NCBI GenBank assembly: GCA_963777955.1
Contig: CAVZSQ010000017.1
Location: forward strand, 128,001 to 192,000
DNA from: Calditrichia bacterium
Lineage (GTDB): Bacteria; Calditrichota; Calditrichia; JAJRVZ01
Direction of reading: 5' to 3'
DNA: 64,000 nt
The notes beneath the pieces are model-generated. The model searched no databases and was not told the DNA's origin. It saw nothing but the letters and a program-made list of their open reading frames with translations. Made by a program: the position numbers and the translations under genes. Numbering within the stretch: the stretch's first letter is position 1; each line of letters begins with the position of its first letter. This document shows, piece by piece, positions 54,029 to 64,000 of the stretch.

Positions 54029-55402
54029 ATGAAGCAGATCATAGGCATGTTAAGCGTGGTACTCTTATTTACTGGTATGGGTTTCGCCCAATCCGCGGCT
54101 CTGTCATTGGAAGAATGTGTGGCCATCGCCTTAAAAAATAATACGACTTTAATCACCACCCGTAATGATGCGCTTAGCGCCAGGAAAGATGTTTTATCTT
54201 CGTATGGCGGAATAATGCCCACCATCGATGCCAGCGCCAGAAAAGGCCGCTATAAAGCCGGTGAAGCCACCGACATGCGTGATGTTCTTGTTGGTGTAGA
54301 TTCCCTGACCGGAAATCCTATTCTGGAGAGAAGACTTATAGTGCAGGAAGGTTTCACCGTAAATTCTAATGATGTGAACTTCAGTGTCAATCAGAATATT
54401 TTTGACGGCGGGGAATGGTGGAATGCGATCGGGTATGCCAGATCACAAAAGACCTGGTCTGAATTAAATTTAACCTCGGTTACCAATACGGTTATTATGA
54501 ACGTGCAACAGGCCTATTTTGATTTATACCGCCAGCAGAAATTACTGGAAGTATACGATCTGGCTGTGAAACGCAGCCAGGATCAACTGGATAAAACTCA
54601 AAAAATGTTCGACCTGGGTGCCGTGGCCAAAGTCAATGTCTTCCGCAGCAAGGTCAACCTGGGCAATGACAAGATCCAGTACCTGGCCCAGCAGAACCTG
54701 GTAATGACGGCCAAAAACAATTTAAACATGGTCATGGGACGGCAGCCGGCTGAGGCGCTGGAAATTGTCCCCGAAATTTCGCTGAAACCAGGTTATAAAA
54801 ATGTAGATGAACTTTATCAGCAGGCGCTGGAAAATAATCCGGAATTGAAAATGTACCGGCAGAATGTCCGCAGTAATGAATTGCTGGTGGCGCGCAGTAA
54901 GAGTCCCATGTGGCCCAGAGTGGGGGCAGGATTTAATTACAGCCGTTCCAATGAGGATATGCAGAGAGTATATTCCGACTTTGACCGCAACTGGGGTTAT
55001 TCGGTGGGAGTTTCCCTGTCGATGAACCTGTTCAACGGTTTCAGGGACATGGTCAATATCCAGAAGAGTAAACTGACGCTTAAAAACAGCATGGAAAACT
55101 ACGAATACAACAAAAAAAATCTGATTGCCAGCGTTATGCAGTACGCCGATAATTATAATTCCTATATGGATATCATAACGATTAATGAAGAAAACCTGGA
55201 AGCTTCCAAAGAAGAATACCGCCTGGCTGAAGAGCGTTACCGCATCGGCTCGGGGACTCAACTGGAAGTGCGCGAGGCGCAGGTGAATCTGACCCGGGCC
55301 GAACAGACCCTGGTGGCAGCCAAATATTATGCCCGCATCACCCAGGCCCAGATCGAACAGGCGCTGGGTAATATTCAGCAAAACGTGCAGGAGAACAATT
55401 AA
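54029..55402 (+). CDS. tolC: TolC-family outer-membrane efflux protein
   Basis: Signal peptide, LSLEECVAIALKNN, NIFDGG, ERYRIGSGTQLEV. Confidence 0.9.
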   Translation: MKQIIGMLSVVLLFTGMGFAQSAALSLEECVAIALKNNTTLITTRNDALSARKDVLSSYGGIMPTIDASARKGRYKAGEATDMRDVLVGVDSLTGNPILERRLIVQEGFTVNSNDVNFSVNQNIFDGGEWWNAIGYARSQKTWSELNLTSVTNTVIMNVQQAYFDLYRQQKLLEVYDLAVKRSQDQLDKTQKMFDLGAVAKVNVFRSKVNLGNDKIQYLAQQNLVMTAKNNLNMVMGRQPAEALEIVPEISLKPGYKNVDELYQQALENNPELKMYRQNVRSNELLVARSKSPMWPRVGAGFNYSRSNEDMQRVYSDFDRNWGYSVGVSLSMNLFNGFRDMVNIQKSKLTLKNSMENYEYNKKNLIASVMQYADNYNSYMDIITINEENLEASKEEYRLAEERYRIGSGTQLEVREAQVNLTRAEQTLVAAKYYARITQAQIEQALGNIQQNVQENN

Positions 55403-56673
55403 TGAAAAAGATCATCATCGGTGCAGCCATAGCTGCGGTCGTTATTTTTTTTATTCTGATCAATGTCCTGAAAAAAGATAAAGGTATAGAGGTAGATTCT
55501 GAAAAAGTTCAGCAGGGAACACTGATCCAGAAAGTTTCCGGTTCAGGACAGATCCGGCCGGAAGTACAGGTCAAGGTAAGTTCCCGGGTGGCGGGCAAGA
55601 TACTGAAACTGCACGCCAAGGAAGGGGACAGGGTCAAGAAAGGCGCTTTACTGGTGGAACTGGACCAGGAACAGTACCGGGCCGCCCTGGACCGGGCCAG
55701 TTATAACCTGGATTATATGATCGCCAGCGAGAAAAAGTTGAAGAGCGACCTGGTGCGGGCGGTGGACCTGCACAATAAAGGGCTGTTGTCCCAGGCCGAG
55801 TTCGAAGCGGCGCAGGCCTCGGCTGATGCCGCAGTCAGCAGTACCAACCAGGCCCGGGCCAGCAAGGCGGAGGCGCAGGACCAGCTGTCCAAGACCCGCC
55901 TGTACGCCGATATGGACGGGATCGTGACCAAGTTGAATAAGGAAGAGGGGGAAATGACCCTCGGCTCGCAATTCCAGGAAGACGTGATCATGATCGTGGC
56001 CGACCTTTCCAAGATGGAAGCGGCCATCGAGGTGGATGAAAACGATGTGGTCAATATTTCGCTGGGGGATTCGGCGGCTATCGAAGTGGATGCTTTCGGT
56101 GACACAACCCTGAACGGCCGGGTGAGCGAGATCGCCAACAGCGCCACGATTAAAAATCTGGGAACCCAGGAACAGGTCACTAATTTTGAAGTGGTCGTAT
56201 CGCTGCAGGATTATAATGCCAGACTCCGGCCGGGTATGAGTACCACGGTCGATATTATCACCGAAGTGAAGAATAACGTGCTGAAAATTCCCATCCAGGC
56301 GGTTACGGTACGGGAGAAGGATAAACTGGAAAAAAAACCGGCGGTTGAACAGCCGGTAGAAAAAGAGAAGGAAGAAACAACCCAGGCTGACGGTTCGGCC
56401 GACAAAGCAGCCAAAGAAAAACAGAACATGAAGGAAGTCGTTTTTTGCGTGGAAGAAAGTAAAGCCGTGATTAAAGCGGTGCAACTGGGCATCTCCGATG
56501 ATTCCTATTATGAAGTTATTTCCGGCCTGGAAACAGGCCAGAGCGTGGTTACCGGACCTTTCCGGATTCTCAGTAAAACCCTGAAAGACGGCGATCTGCT
56601 CAAGATTAAAGCGGAAGGCAAGAAAGCATCGGCGGAAAGTAATAACGACCGCACCACTGCCGAAGCGGAGTGA
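55402..56673 (+). CDS. Efflux periplasmic adaptor (MacA/YknX-like MFP)
   Basis: N-terminal anchor, lipoyl halves (EGDRVKKG..; DMDGIV), LRPGMS. Confidence 0.9.
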   Translation: MKKIIIGAAIAAVVIFFILINVLKKDKGIEVDSEKVQQGTLIQKVSGSGQIRPEVQVKVSSRVAGKILKLHAKEGDRVKKGALLVELDQEQYRAALDRASYNLDYMIASEKKLKSDLVRAVDLHNKGLLSQAEFEAAQASADAAVSSTNQARASKAEAQDQLSKTRLYADMDGIVTKLNKEEGEMTLGSQFQEDVIMIVADLSKMEAAIEVDENDVVNISLGDSAAIEVDAFGDTTLNGRVSEIANSATIKNLGTQEQVTNFEVVVSLQDYNARLRPGMSTTVDIITEVKNNVLKIPIQAVTVREKDKLEKKPAVEQPVEKEKEETTQADGSADKAAKEKQNMKEVVFCVEESKAVIKAVQLGISDDSYYEVISGLETGQSVVTGPFRILSKTLKDGDLLKIKAEGKKASAESNNDRTTAEAE

Positions 56674-56725
56674 ACATAGTTCAGGAGCACGGCAAATAAT
56701 AAATTTAAGCAAGAGGAAACAAGGT

Positions 56726-57409
56726 ATGCTGATTGAAGTAAAGGATCTGAAGAAAACCTATACCCTGGGCGAGAATATCGAAGTTCCCGCGCTGCGGGGG
56801 ATCAATATGACTATCGATAAAAATGAATACCTGGCCATCATGGGCCCCTCCGGCTCGGGCAAATCCACCCTGATGAATATCATCGGTTGCCTGGACGTGC
56901 CCAGCGAGGGGAGTTATATTCTCAACGCGCATGATGTCAGCCAGATGAGCGATGACGAGCTGGCCGTGATCAGGAACCGGCAGATCGGCTTTGTGTTCCA
57001 GACCTTCAATCTGCTGCCGCGGGCCAATTCGCTGCATAACGTGGAGTTGCCGTTGATTTACAGCGGCGTGAACCGGGGGGTTCGCCGCAACCTGGCCAAA
57101 GAGGCGCTGGAACGGGTGGGACTGGCCGACCGCATGTTCCATAAACCCAATGAACTTTCGGGCGGGCAGCGGCAGCGGGTGGCTATCGCCCGGGCGCTGG
57201 TCAATAATCCGGCCATCATCCTGGCCGATGAACCGACCGGTAACCTGGATTCCAATACCGGCGAGGAGATCATGGAAATTTTCGAACAACTGCACAAGGC
57301 CGGCAATACCATTGTACTGATCACGCATGAGGAATATATCGCCAAGCACAGCAAGCGGGTTATCAAACTGCTGGACGGCCTGGTTCAATCCGACGAGAAA
57401 TTGAATTAG
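56726..57409 (+). CDS. MacB/YknY-type ABC ATPase
   Basis: [43 protein letters not shown]. Confidence 0.95.
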   Translation: MLIEVKDLKKTYTLGENIEVPALRGINMTIDKNEYLAIMGPSGSGKSTLMNIIGCLDVPSEGSYILNAHDVSQMSDDELAVIRNRQIGFVFQTFNLLPRANSLHNVELPLIYSGVNRGVRRNLAKEALERVGLADRMFHKPNELSGGQRQRVAIARALVNNPAIILADEPTGNLDSNTGEEIMEIFEQLHKAGNTIVLITHEEYIAKHSKRVIKLLDGLVQSDEKLN

Positions 57410-57444
57410 CGATTAATCTGAAATTCAGAAAAAGAAAATAGATT

Positions 57445-58683
57445 ATGTATACTTTTACCGTAATCGGCGAATACCTGCTGATGGCCTGGCAGGCTTTGAG
57501 TACGCACAAGATGCGTTCGATCCTGACCACCCTGGGCATCCTGATCGGTGTGACTACCATTATCACTATTTTCACCGCCATTCAGGGTATTAATGAATAT
57601 ATAATGGGTTCACTGGCCAAGATAGGTTCCTCAACTGTTTACGTGGATAAAATGCCCTGGGTATTTGACGAGAACTGGTGGAAATACCGTAACCGCCGGG
57701 AGATCACCTACAGTGAATACGAAGCGCTGCAGAAATATTCCACCGAAGCGGATTATATTGCACCGTCTGTATTCAGCATGAAAAAACTCAGATATAAAAA
57801 AGAGATCTACGACCAGATACCGGTAGTAGGCACCAACGAGGAATACAAGGATACCGATAATGTCAATCCGGCCGAAGGACGCTTTCTGACCGAACTGGAT
57901 GTAAGCCGCAATCACAAAGTTTGTGTGATTGGCCAGGATATAAAAACCAAACTGTTTAAAGACGAAGATCCCCTGGGCAAACGGATTAAAATCGGTGATG
58001 ATAAGTATATAGTTGTCGGGGTCAACGAAAAGCAGGGTAATGTATTAGGGATGAGCATAGATAATATTGTCATCGTGCCGATCGGCACTTTCCGGCGGGT
58101 ATTCGGCGGCTGGGAACACGAAAGCCGCGGCCTGACCATTTCCCTGAACGTGACGGATGTATCCCGGATCGAAGCGATGAAAGACGAAGCGCGGGGCATC
58201 CTGCGCCGGGTGCGCAAAGTGGCTGCGGCCGATGATGACGACTTTGCCCTGAACCAGATGGACCAGCTGACCGAATTGTACCGCAAATTGACCGGCACCC
58301 TGTACATGATCATTTTCGTGATCGGCGGCGTATCGCTGGTGGTAGGGGGTATCGGCATCACCAATATCATGCTGGTCAGCGTGACTGAGCGTACCAAGGA
58401 AATCGGCATCCGTAAAGCGATCGGCGCCAAACAGCGCAACATACTCTCCCAGTTCCTGATTGAAGCGGTCGCTATCTCCTCGGTGGGGGGTATCCTGGGT
58501 ATTATCCTGGGTTATCTGGGGGGGAATGCCGTGCTGTCGTTGATGAATTTATCAACCGGCATCAGCCTGGCCTCTGTCCTGATCGGTTTTGGCTTTTCGA
58601 CTTTCGTGGGGGTAGTGGCGGGCTTCTACCCGGCCTGGAAGGGTGCGCGCATGAATCCGATTGATTCGCTGCATTATGAATAA
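57445..58683 (+). CDS. MacB/FtsX-family ABC permease
   Basis: RSILTTLGILIG, GITNIMLVSVTERTKEIGIRKAIGA. Confidence 0.93.
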   Translation: MYTFTVIGEYLLMAWQALSTHKMRSILTTLGILIGVTTIITIFTAIQGINEYIMGSLAKIGSSTVYVDKMPWVFDENWWKYRNRREITYSEYEALQKYSTEADYIAPSVFSMKKLRYKKEIYDQIPVVGTNEEYKDTDNVNPAEGRFLTELDVSRNHKVCVIGQDIKTKLFKDEDPLGKRIKIGDDKYIVVGVNEKQGNVLGMSIDNIVIVPIGTFRRVFGGWEHESRGLTISLNVTDVSRIEAMKDEARGILRRVRKVAAADDDDFALNQMDQLTELYRKLTGTLYMIIFVIGGVSLVVGGIGITNIMLVSVTERTKEIGIRKAIGAKQRNILSQFLIEAVAISSVGGILGIILGYLGGNAVLSLMNLSTGISLASVLIGFGFSTFVGVVAGFYPAWKGARMNPIDSLHYE

Positions 58684-58689
58684 GGATAT

Positions 58690-59925
58690 TTGCTAATGTA
58701 TATTCAGGAAAATCTGGCGGTTGCCTGGACGCAACTGAGAGGGAGCAAGTTAAGGTCGATTCTGACCATCCTGGGTATTTCCATCGGCATCATGACGGTT
58801 ATCCTGATTGTCTCGGTGCTGGAAGGGTACCGCCAGAATATAACCCGTGAATTACAGGGATTAGGAGCCAATGTTTTCCAGGTGGAAAAGTTTGACCGTA
58901 ATCCCGGTATCCATGTGGGTCATGAACAGCGCGAATACCGCAAGGATTTGTTGAAAGAGTACGCCGTGGAACTAAGGGAAAGATGCCCGGCGGTCAGGTT
59001 TGTCGGGGCTGAAGTCTGGTATTACAATATTGCGATCCATTATAAAGATAAGAAAACCAATCCCACTTATTACCTGGCCGGCGGCGAACCGGAATATTTT
59101 GTGAACAATGCCGAACCGGTGGGGTATGGCCGGGCCCTGCTGCGCAGCGATGTGGAATCCAATGCCAAGGTGGCGGTGCTGGGCCTGGATATTGTCAATG
59201 AACTTTTTCCGCACGAAGACCCGCTGGGTAAATTCGTCAGAATTTCCGGTACGAAATTTAAAGTGATCGGCACTTTTGAAAAGATGGGTACAGCGACCTT
59301 CGGCCGCAGCAAGGACAACAAGGCGGTCATACCGATCACCGCTTACGAAGATATTTTCGGCCGGGAGCGTTCGGTTTACCTGACCGTGCAGGCTGAGGAT
59401 GTCGAGCACATGGAAGAAGCCAAGGCCCAGGTGACCGGTGTGCTGCGGCAGATACGCAAGATACCGCCGGGCAAGGAGAACGATTTTGAAATCTGGTCAA
59501 ATGACTCGCTGATCGAATCCTTCAACGATACCGCCAGGATAATCCAGATGGGCGGAATAGCGATCGGGCTGATTTCATTGTTAGTGGGCAGTATCGGCGT
59601 GATGAATATAATGCTGGTGACCGTCACCGAGCGGACGCGGGAGATCGGGGTGCGCAAGGCTCTGGGTGCGCGGCGCCGGGTAATTTTAACCCAGTTTTTA
59701 AGTGAATCGATTTTTCTGAGCCTGATCGGGGGAATGATCGGGCTGCTGCTGGGAGTGCTGCTGGCTTTACTGGTCAGTTCTTTATTCAAAATGCCTTTTG
59801 CCATTCCGCTGTGGGCTGTGCTGGCTTCTCTGGGCGTGACTACCGCGGTCGGACTGGTAGCCGGCGTTTATCCCGCGGCCAAGGCGTCAAAACTGGATCC
59901 GATTGTGGCGCTCCGTTATGAGTAA
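58690..59925 (+). CDS. MacB/FtsX-family ABC permease (second subunit)
   Basis: RSILTILGISIG, GVMNIMLVTVTERTREIGVRKALGA. Confidence 0.93.
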   Translation: MLMYIQENLAVAWTQLRGSKLRSILTILGISIGIMTVILIVSVLEGYRQNITRELQGLGANVFQVEKFDRNPGIHVGHEQREYRKDLLKEYAVELRERCPAVRFVGAEVWYYNIAIHYKDKKTNPTYYLAGGEPEYFVNNAEPVGYGRALLRSDVESNAKVAVLGLDIVNELFPHEDPLGKFVRISGTKFKVIGTFEKMGTATFGRSKDNKAVIPITAYEDIFGRERSVYLTVQAEDVEHMEEAKAQVTGVLRQIRKIPPGKENDFEIWSNDSLIESFNDTARIIQMGGIAIGLISLLVGSIGVMNIMLVTVTERTREIGVRKALGARRRVILTQFLSESIFLSLIGGMIGLLLGVLLALLVSSLFKMPFAIPLWAVLASLGVTTAVGLVAGVYPAAKASKLDPIVALRYE

Positions 59926-59946
59926 TAATGAATATGATAGAAAGTT

Positions 59947-60384
59947 TTAGTACCTTAGTACCTTAGTACCTTAGTTCCTTAGTTCCTTAGTCTCTACCTA
60001 TCGCCAAATCTTCGACCTGAGTTCCAGAGACAGTAAAAATCCAGAAGTCATTCCCGCTGAACAAATGCCTTGCCTGTCTGTAGTACAGGCGGGAATCTTT
60101 CCTGACTTATTGATATTTTCTTTGCGTCCTCTGCACTTTCCTCAGCGCCCTTTGCGTTTAAAAGATCAAAAGCAAAACGCAACGGCCGCCAAGGAAACGC
60201 AATGGACGCAGAAAAAATATTCATAGTTAGTTTAAGTTTTATTCCATTTATCCATTACCTCTATCTAACGGAACATTTTAGACCTGTCAGCGCCAGGCCT
60301 CCGACCTTCGTCCCTACCTAGCGGTAGGTCGCCGATCTTTGTCTCTTTTTTCTCAGGTACTCAGGTATTCAGGAACTAAGGGAC
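59947..60384. repeat. Composite repeat island between convergent genes
   Basis: (CTTAGTAC/CTTAGTTC)n, GTCATTCCCGC..GCGGGAATC, CGCAA-type element and three copies of the CTRYC..GGYAGGTCTTCGAC-like unit. Confidence 0.8.
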
Positions 60385-60391
60385 TATTTCT

Positions 60392-61124
60392 TTAATGCAT
60401 ATCCATCGAACCAAATATCGACCAGGGGTAATAACGCCTCAACTCCCTGAGCACCAGGATGTCTGCGGCAAGTCCCAGCAGGGTATAAATAATCCTGCCG
60501 CTGACCGGTTTGGGCAGCCTGATCACGGCCACATTTTCTCCCGGAATTTTCTGCAGATCCGCTGGTTGATTCAACCCGCACTTCCGAACGCAGCGGTACC
60601 AGGCCATTATTAACGTATGATTTGATGATCTGCGCATTCATATTTTTGCCCTGACGATTGATAATTCTCTCCATGTTATCCAGGATTTCGTCGCTGAACC
60701 GGTTGTGTTCAGGCAGATGGATGCTGATCGAATTCAGATCAAAGCCGGAAAACAGGCAGGGTGATTCAACTGTAAAGGTAAGCAGGCCAGATTTCCGGAT
60801 CAGTGTGATGGTATCGTTTAAAACCGGGAAGAGTAAATTGTATTTCGGATCGGATTGAAAGGCATTATAGCGTTGCAGATACAGGGTTGAATCGATCTGT
60901 TCCGTTCCCCGGAATTTACCCTCCACAATCTGATAATCGTTGAGATGAATCTGCACCGAGGTCTGCGGCCTGATTTTCCGTACCTTTTTTATGGAAGGGG
61001 ATTTCAGCACCGCGCGGCCGGTATCGGCCTTGGCTCCGGCCAGGAAGCCGAGGACGGTGCAGCCATTTAAAACTGCCAGACAGAAACCGGAGAGAACGAT
61101 GTATAAAAATTTTTTACGGATCAT
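60392..61124 (-). CDS. Hypothetical lipoprotein (C-terminal frameshift likely)
   Basis: Signal with LNGC lipobox; a plausible hydrophobic C-terminus (IIYTLLGLAADILVL) lies in the alternative frame 60392-60637. Confidence 0.6.
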
Positions 61125-61221
61125 ATAGCTGTCCCTTTATTTAGCTATACAGAACAAGGAGAAGATATCATCAGGCCACGGGCTATTGTCAAAAAATTGT
61201 CAGGGTTGTGTAAAAAATTCT

Positions 61222-61390
61222 GTAAAGAGTATAAGAGTAAAGGGTACAAAAGTATAAGTAGGAGGCGCTTCCAGCGCTGATCCTTATAAAAATCCAAGTT
61301 AAAAGATAAAGAGGTAAAGAATCAGCATTTTAAACTTTTTGCCACTTTCCTCTTAATTTTCGCCTTTAACCTTTAAACCATAACATCTTA
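61222..61390. repeat. AGGGTAAA-type 8-mers with GTAG-type REP (61258-61281)
   Basis: GTAGGAGGCGCTTCCAGCGCTGAT matching 52763-52787. Confidence 0.65.
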
Positions 61391-61405
61391 TAAGAATGGG
61401 TCAAA

Positions 61406-61520
61406 CTACTTAATCAACACCATTCGTTTTACCGCAGAGAACCTGCCTTGCCATTGATAGAAATAAATCCCGCTGGCCAACGGGAACCGTAATGAATACC
61501 TGATACCGCCCGGCTTCGGG
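61406..61520 (-). pseudogene. Remnant of a T9SS type-A (Por) C-terminal sorting domain
   Basis: Manual translation EAGRYQVF / PLASGIYFYQWQGRFSAVKRMVLIK* across a frameshift; no upstream body. Confidence 0.6.
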
Positions 61521-61584
61521 CAGGATGGCTGTTCGCGCAGCGATCCTGCCTATTTTACTTTCCACATGATCATCACCCCCTTTC

Positions 61585-62698
61585 TCATTTTTGCCTTCCG
61601 CGTAAAATTAAAGTTTGCTGGTTGGAAGGATAAATATAACCGGCGATAAAAACATATTTATCATGCACCCATACGGCATAGTATGATATATTGGGCAAAT
61701 CCGTAAATTTATGCCAGCTATGACCCGTTGAAATGAAATAAATCACCAAACATACCAACCGTAAAAATGTTATTTTCAGAACTTCCTGAAACATCAACCA
61801 GGTCGATGGATATTGAAGGGGGAATGATTATCTTTTGCCAGACGCCATTTTCCCATCTAAAAACTCCAGTACACCAACTGAATAAAACGAGATCGTGGAT
61901 TTATGACTCCACAACGCAGAAGTACCAAAGGTTACAGTATCCGGATTGATTCACAGTCAAGATAACTATCTATGACTTCCCAGGTATTGCCATTGTATTT
62001 TAGAAAATGGTAAGTAGTTGTATCCATAGGAGACATATCATCCTGTTGATAACCAAGGGCATATACCTCATCAGTTGAAAAACCGGTAATTGATAAAATT
62101 CCTGCATTTACTCCGAATGTATACTCGGTCCAATTTACTCCATCGTAGTGATGGAATCTTGTTAAAAAAATCACCCACCCATAAATCTGAACTTGAAGTT
62201 CCCCATACCGATAATCAAACTAGAGGATTGAGGGAAATCCTTTTTTGACCCAGTCCACTTCCGTCAAAATGTAAAACTATACCTTGATCTTGAGATTTTT
62301 CACCGACTATCCAGATATCATTCTCGGCAAAGCCATAAATACCCATAAACCGTGTTGGTCCCAAATAAAAGGGATCAATAGGACCATCATAATTCACCAG
62401 ACTCTTCCATTTAGCTCCATCCCAATGCCAGATTGAACCAAGACTACCTTGATCATTATGTCCTACGGCATAGACATTAGTTTCTGTAGTGCCCCATATA
62501 TCTAGTATCAGAGTTTGATAGGAACCTGGGTAATCCAAAGTATCGAATTCCCAGGTGAAATTATGGCTGGTGGTATCGGCCTTGTTGGTCGATCAGCGAA
62601 GTATAAAATAGACCCTTCCCTTCGCAATTAAAAAAAATTTCAGAAAGAATAAATCCTAATAATAAGAATTCGAGTGCATGTACCAATCTGGATTTCAT
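61585..62698 (-). pseudogene. Fragmented beta-propeller lipoprotein (DTTSHNFTW type)
   Basis: Start MKSRLVHALEFLLLGFILSEIFFNC, DTTSHNFTWEFDTL, DIWG..NVYAVG, HFDG/HYDG repeats spread over at least four frameshifted fragments. Confidence 0.6.
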
Positions 62699-62903
62699 AT
62701 TCAGATCACCTCGATTAGATTTTGTCAGTAATGATTTAAATATTTAATTAAGGTCAATAAAATATTGCCACGCGGCGAAACACAATAAACGATTTTACTG
62801 AATCAATTTTGAGCGTCTCAATTTTCAGATATAATTTTTCGTCTGGAACTAAACACCGGTATATTATATCTTTTTTTTTCTTTGCAAGAATTATTTTAAA
62901 AAT

Positions 62904-63175
62904 TAGTTCCTGAGTACCTGAGTTCCTTGGTACCTGAGTCCCTGAGCAAACTAAGGTTCCTTGACGTTTTCCTCCAACCATTATTAATTACTTTTAATCA
63001 ATAGATTCCCGCCGTTCCACAATCAGGATAGGCATGTGCTTAGCGGGAATGACATATTTGTCTCTTCTAAAACAACCCCCTTACCTCCCTGCCTTGCGGC
63101 AGATCTTCGACCTTTTCTAAGGGGGAACTCCGTGCCTTTACTTTGGTCTAATTATCAGTAGGTCCTTCCGACCTT
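62904..63175. repeat. Composite repeat island
   Basis: CTGAGTAC 8-mers; GATTCCCGC..GCGGGAATGAC (63004-63053); CCCCCTTA..TAAGGGGG with nested unit 63089-63111. Confidence 0.75.
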
Positions 63176-63241
63176 TGTGCCTGTCATTCTACTTTCACCT
63201 CGAATGAATTTTTATATATATTAAAAAAATGTGAGGTTCAA

Positions 63242-63700
63242 ATGTCCGAGAAAGAAAAGATCCAGATAGAGGTGGAAGTCCCGTCCCATACGCTGCATGT
63301 GGAGCATGCCAGTTGTTCGGCCGGACATTCGCTGCGCGATGAAGCGGTGCAGATCCACGGCCACCCCGCGCTGAAGGTGAACATCAAGTGCAAAGGCAAA
63401 TCGGGGGTGCTGTATCTCGATCCGGTCTACGGCAGTTTCGATAACATCGAAAAAGGGATCAAACTGGCCAAGGGCGACCTGGTGGAGATGTTCTGTCCCA
63501 CCTGCGGAATCAACCTGAAAGACGCTACTGATACCTGCCAGTCCTGTTCGGCGCCGATGTTCGTGTTCCACCTGCCCAAGGGGGGCATCATCGAAGGGTG
63601 CACGCGCCGCGGCTGCATGTTCCACAAACTGAAGATCGTCGACGGGGCCGAACAGGTCTCGCGCCTGTTCCAGAACAGCACGCTGGAATCTTATCTGTAA
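63242..63700 (+). CDS. Cys-rich hypothetical (Zn-ribbon-like) protein
   Basis: GAGG SD; CSAGH, CPTC, CQSC, CTRRGCMFH; strong GC3 codon bias. Confidence 0.75.
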   Translation: MSEKEKIQIEVEVPSHTLHVEHASCSAGHSLRDEAVQIHGHPALKVNIKCKGKSGVLYLDPVYGSFDNIEKGIKLAKGDLVEMFCPTCGINLKDATDTCQSCSAPMFVFHLPKGGIIEGCTRRGCMFHKLKIVDGAEQVSRLFQNSTLESYL

Positions 63701-63851
63701 GCCGTACTGAGTTCGCAGCTGGCGCTGACTGCGGGTATTTCCTGTTCAGCAAATCTTAAGTTCAGAAGTACAAGGTTTACTGATTATCTTTTGAATTAAG
63801 TAATATAAAGATCTGATCTACAGGGACACAGATTAAAAAGGAGAAGATAGT

Positions 63852-64000
63852 ATGAAATTATCAAAACATCTCTCCTGCCTTTATCCGGCCTTATTGATTT
63901 TTAGTTGTTCCGGAAGCATTTTACCGTTCGAAGATGCTGATATCATAAATGGTAGCGGGACTATTATTTATGAATCGGATCTACGGGACCAGGCTTCATA
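63852..64000 (+). CDS. Lipoprotein, 3'-truncated by window edge
   Basis: AAGGAG SD; MKLSKHLSCLYPALLIFSC (lipobox); open to window end. Confidence 0.6.
   Translation, partial: MKLSKHLSCLYPALLIFSCSGSILPFEDADIINGSGTIIYESDLRDQAS

Noticed and set aside
54722..59804. Long minus-strand ORFs (e.g. 55648-56712, 56705-57388)
   Set aside because: Antisense shadows of GC-rich, well-conserved efflux genes
59947..59993. Tandem repeats as a possible CRISPR array
   Set aside because: 8-nt units without unique spacers; no cas genes in the window
62754..62981. 75-aa ORF
   Set aside because: Runs through the 8-mer repeat island (SGTQVPRNSGTQE); no SD or family support
63705..63745. Hairpin as tRNA/ncRNA
   Set aside because: Short CGCAG..CTGCG stem only; no cloverleaf or recognisable riboswitch motif

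Overview
Chromosomal window from a Gram-negative bacterium, probably FCB superphylum (Calditrichota/Ignavibacteria-like). This is inferred from the LPS genes, a DUF4270-like lipoprotein, a T9SS-type C-terminal remnant and DTTSHNFTW-type lipoproteins. The left half is housekeeping (CCA enzyme, serC, hflKC, waaA/waaF, tatC, glyA, rpiB, gmhB, glgA-like, murQ). The centre is the replication-origin neighbourhood: rsmG-mnmG-mnmE-yidC-yidD-rnpA-rpmH on the minus strand and dnaN-recF-dciA-gyrB-gyrA-rex on the plus strand, with two parS sites. dnaA is missing from its usual slot, which holds an RCC1-repeat gene and an AT-rich oriC candidate. The most notable locus is at 47.1-59.9 kb. It has a C39 peptidase ABC transporter, a membrane protein, a membrane-anchored CxxC redoxin and two double-glycine-leader precursors whose predicted cores are both 49 aa with two Cys. 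An ABC pair follows, then a Yip1-TolC-MFP-MacB-type efflux operon with an ECF-like promoter. No HlyD lies beside the PCAT, which suggests a disulfide-bonded two-peptide bacteriocin with possible two-step (periplasmic) export. Many genes, including gyrA and gyrB, carry +1 frameshifts. Six of these can be repaired by removing one base from AG[T/A]CT to give AGCT, pointing to long-read errors at a possibly methylated motif. Intergenic regions carry mosaics of REP-like repeats, including a ~22-nt palindromic unit nested inside other repeats. No tRNA, rRNA, CRISPR array or transposase was recognised.
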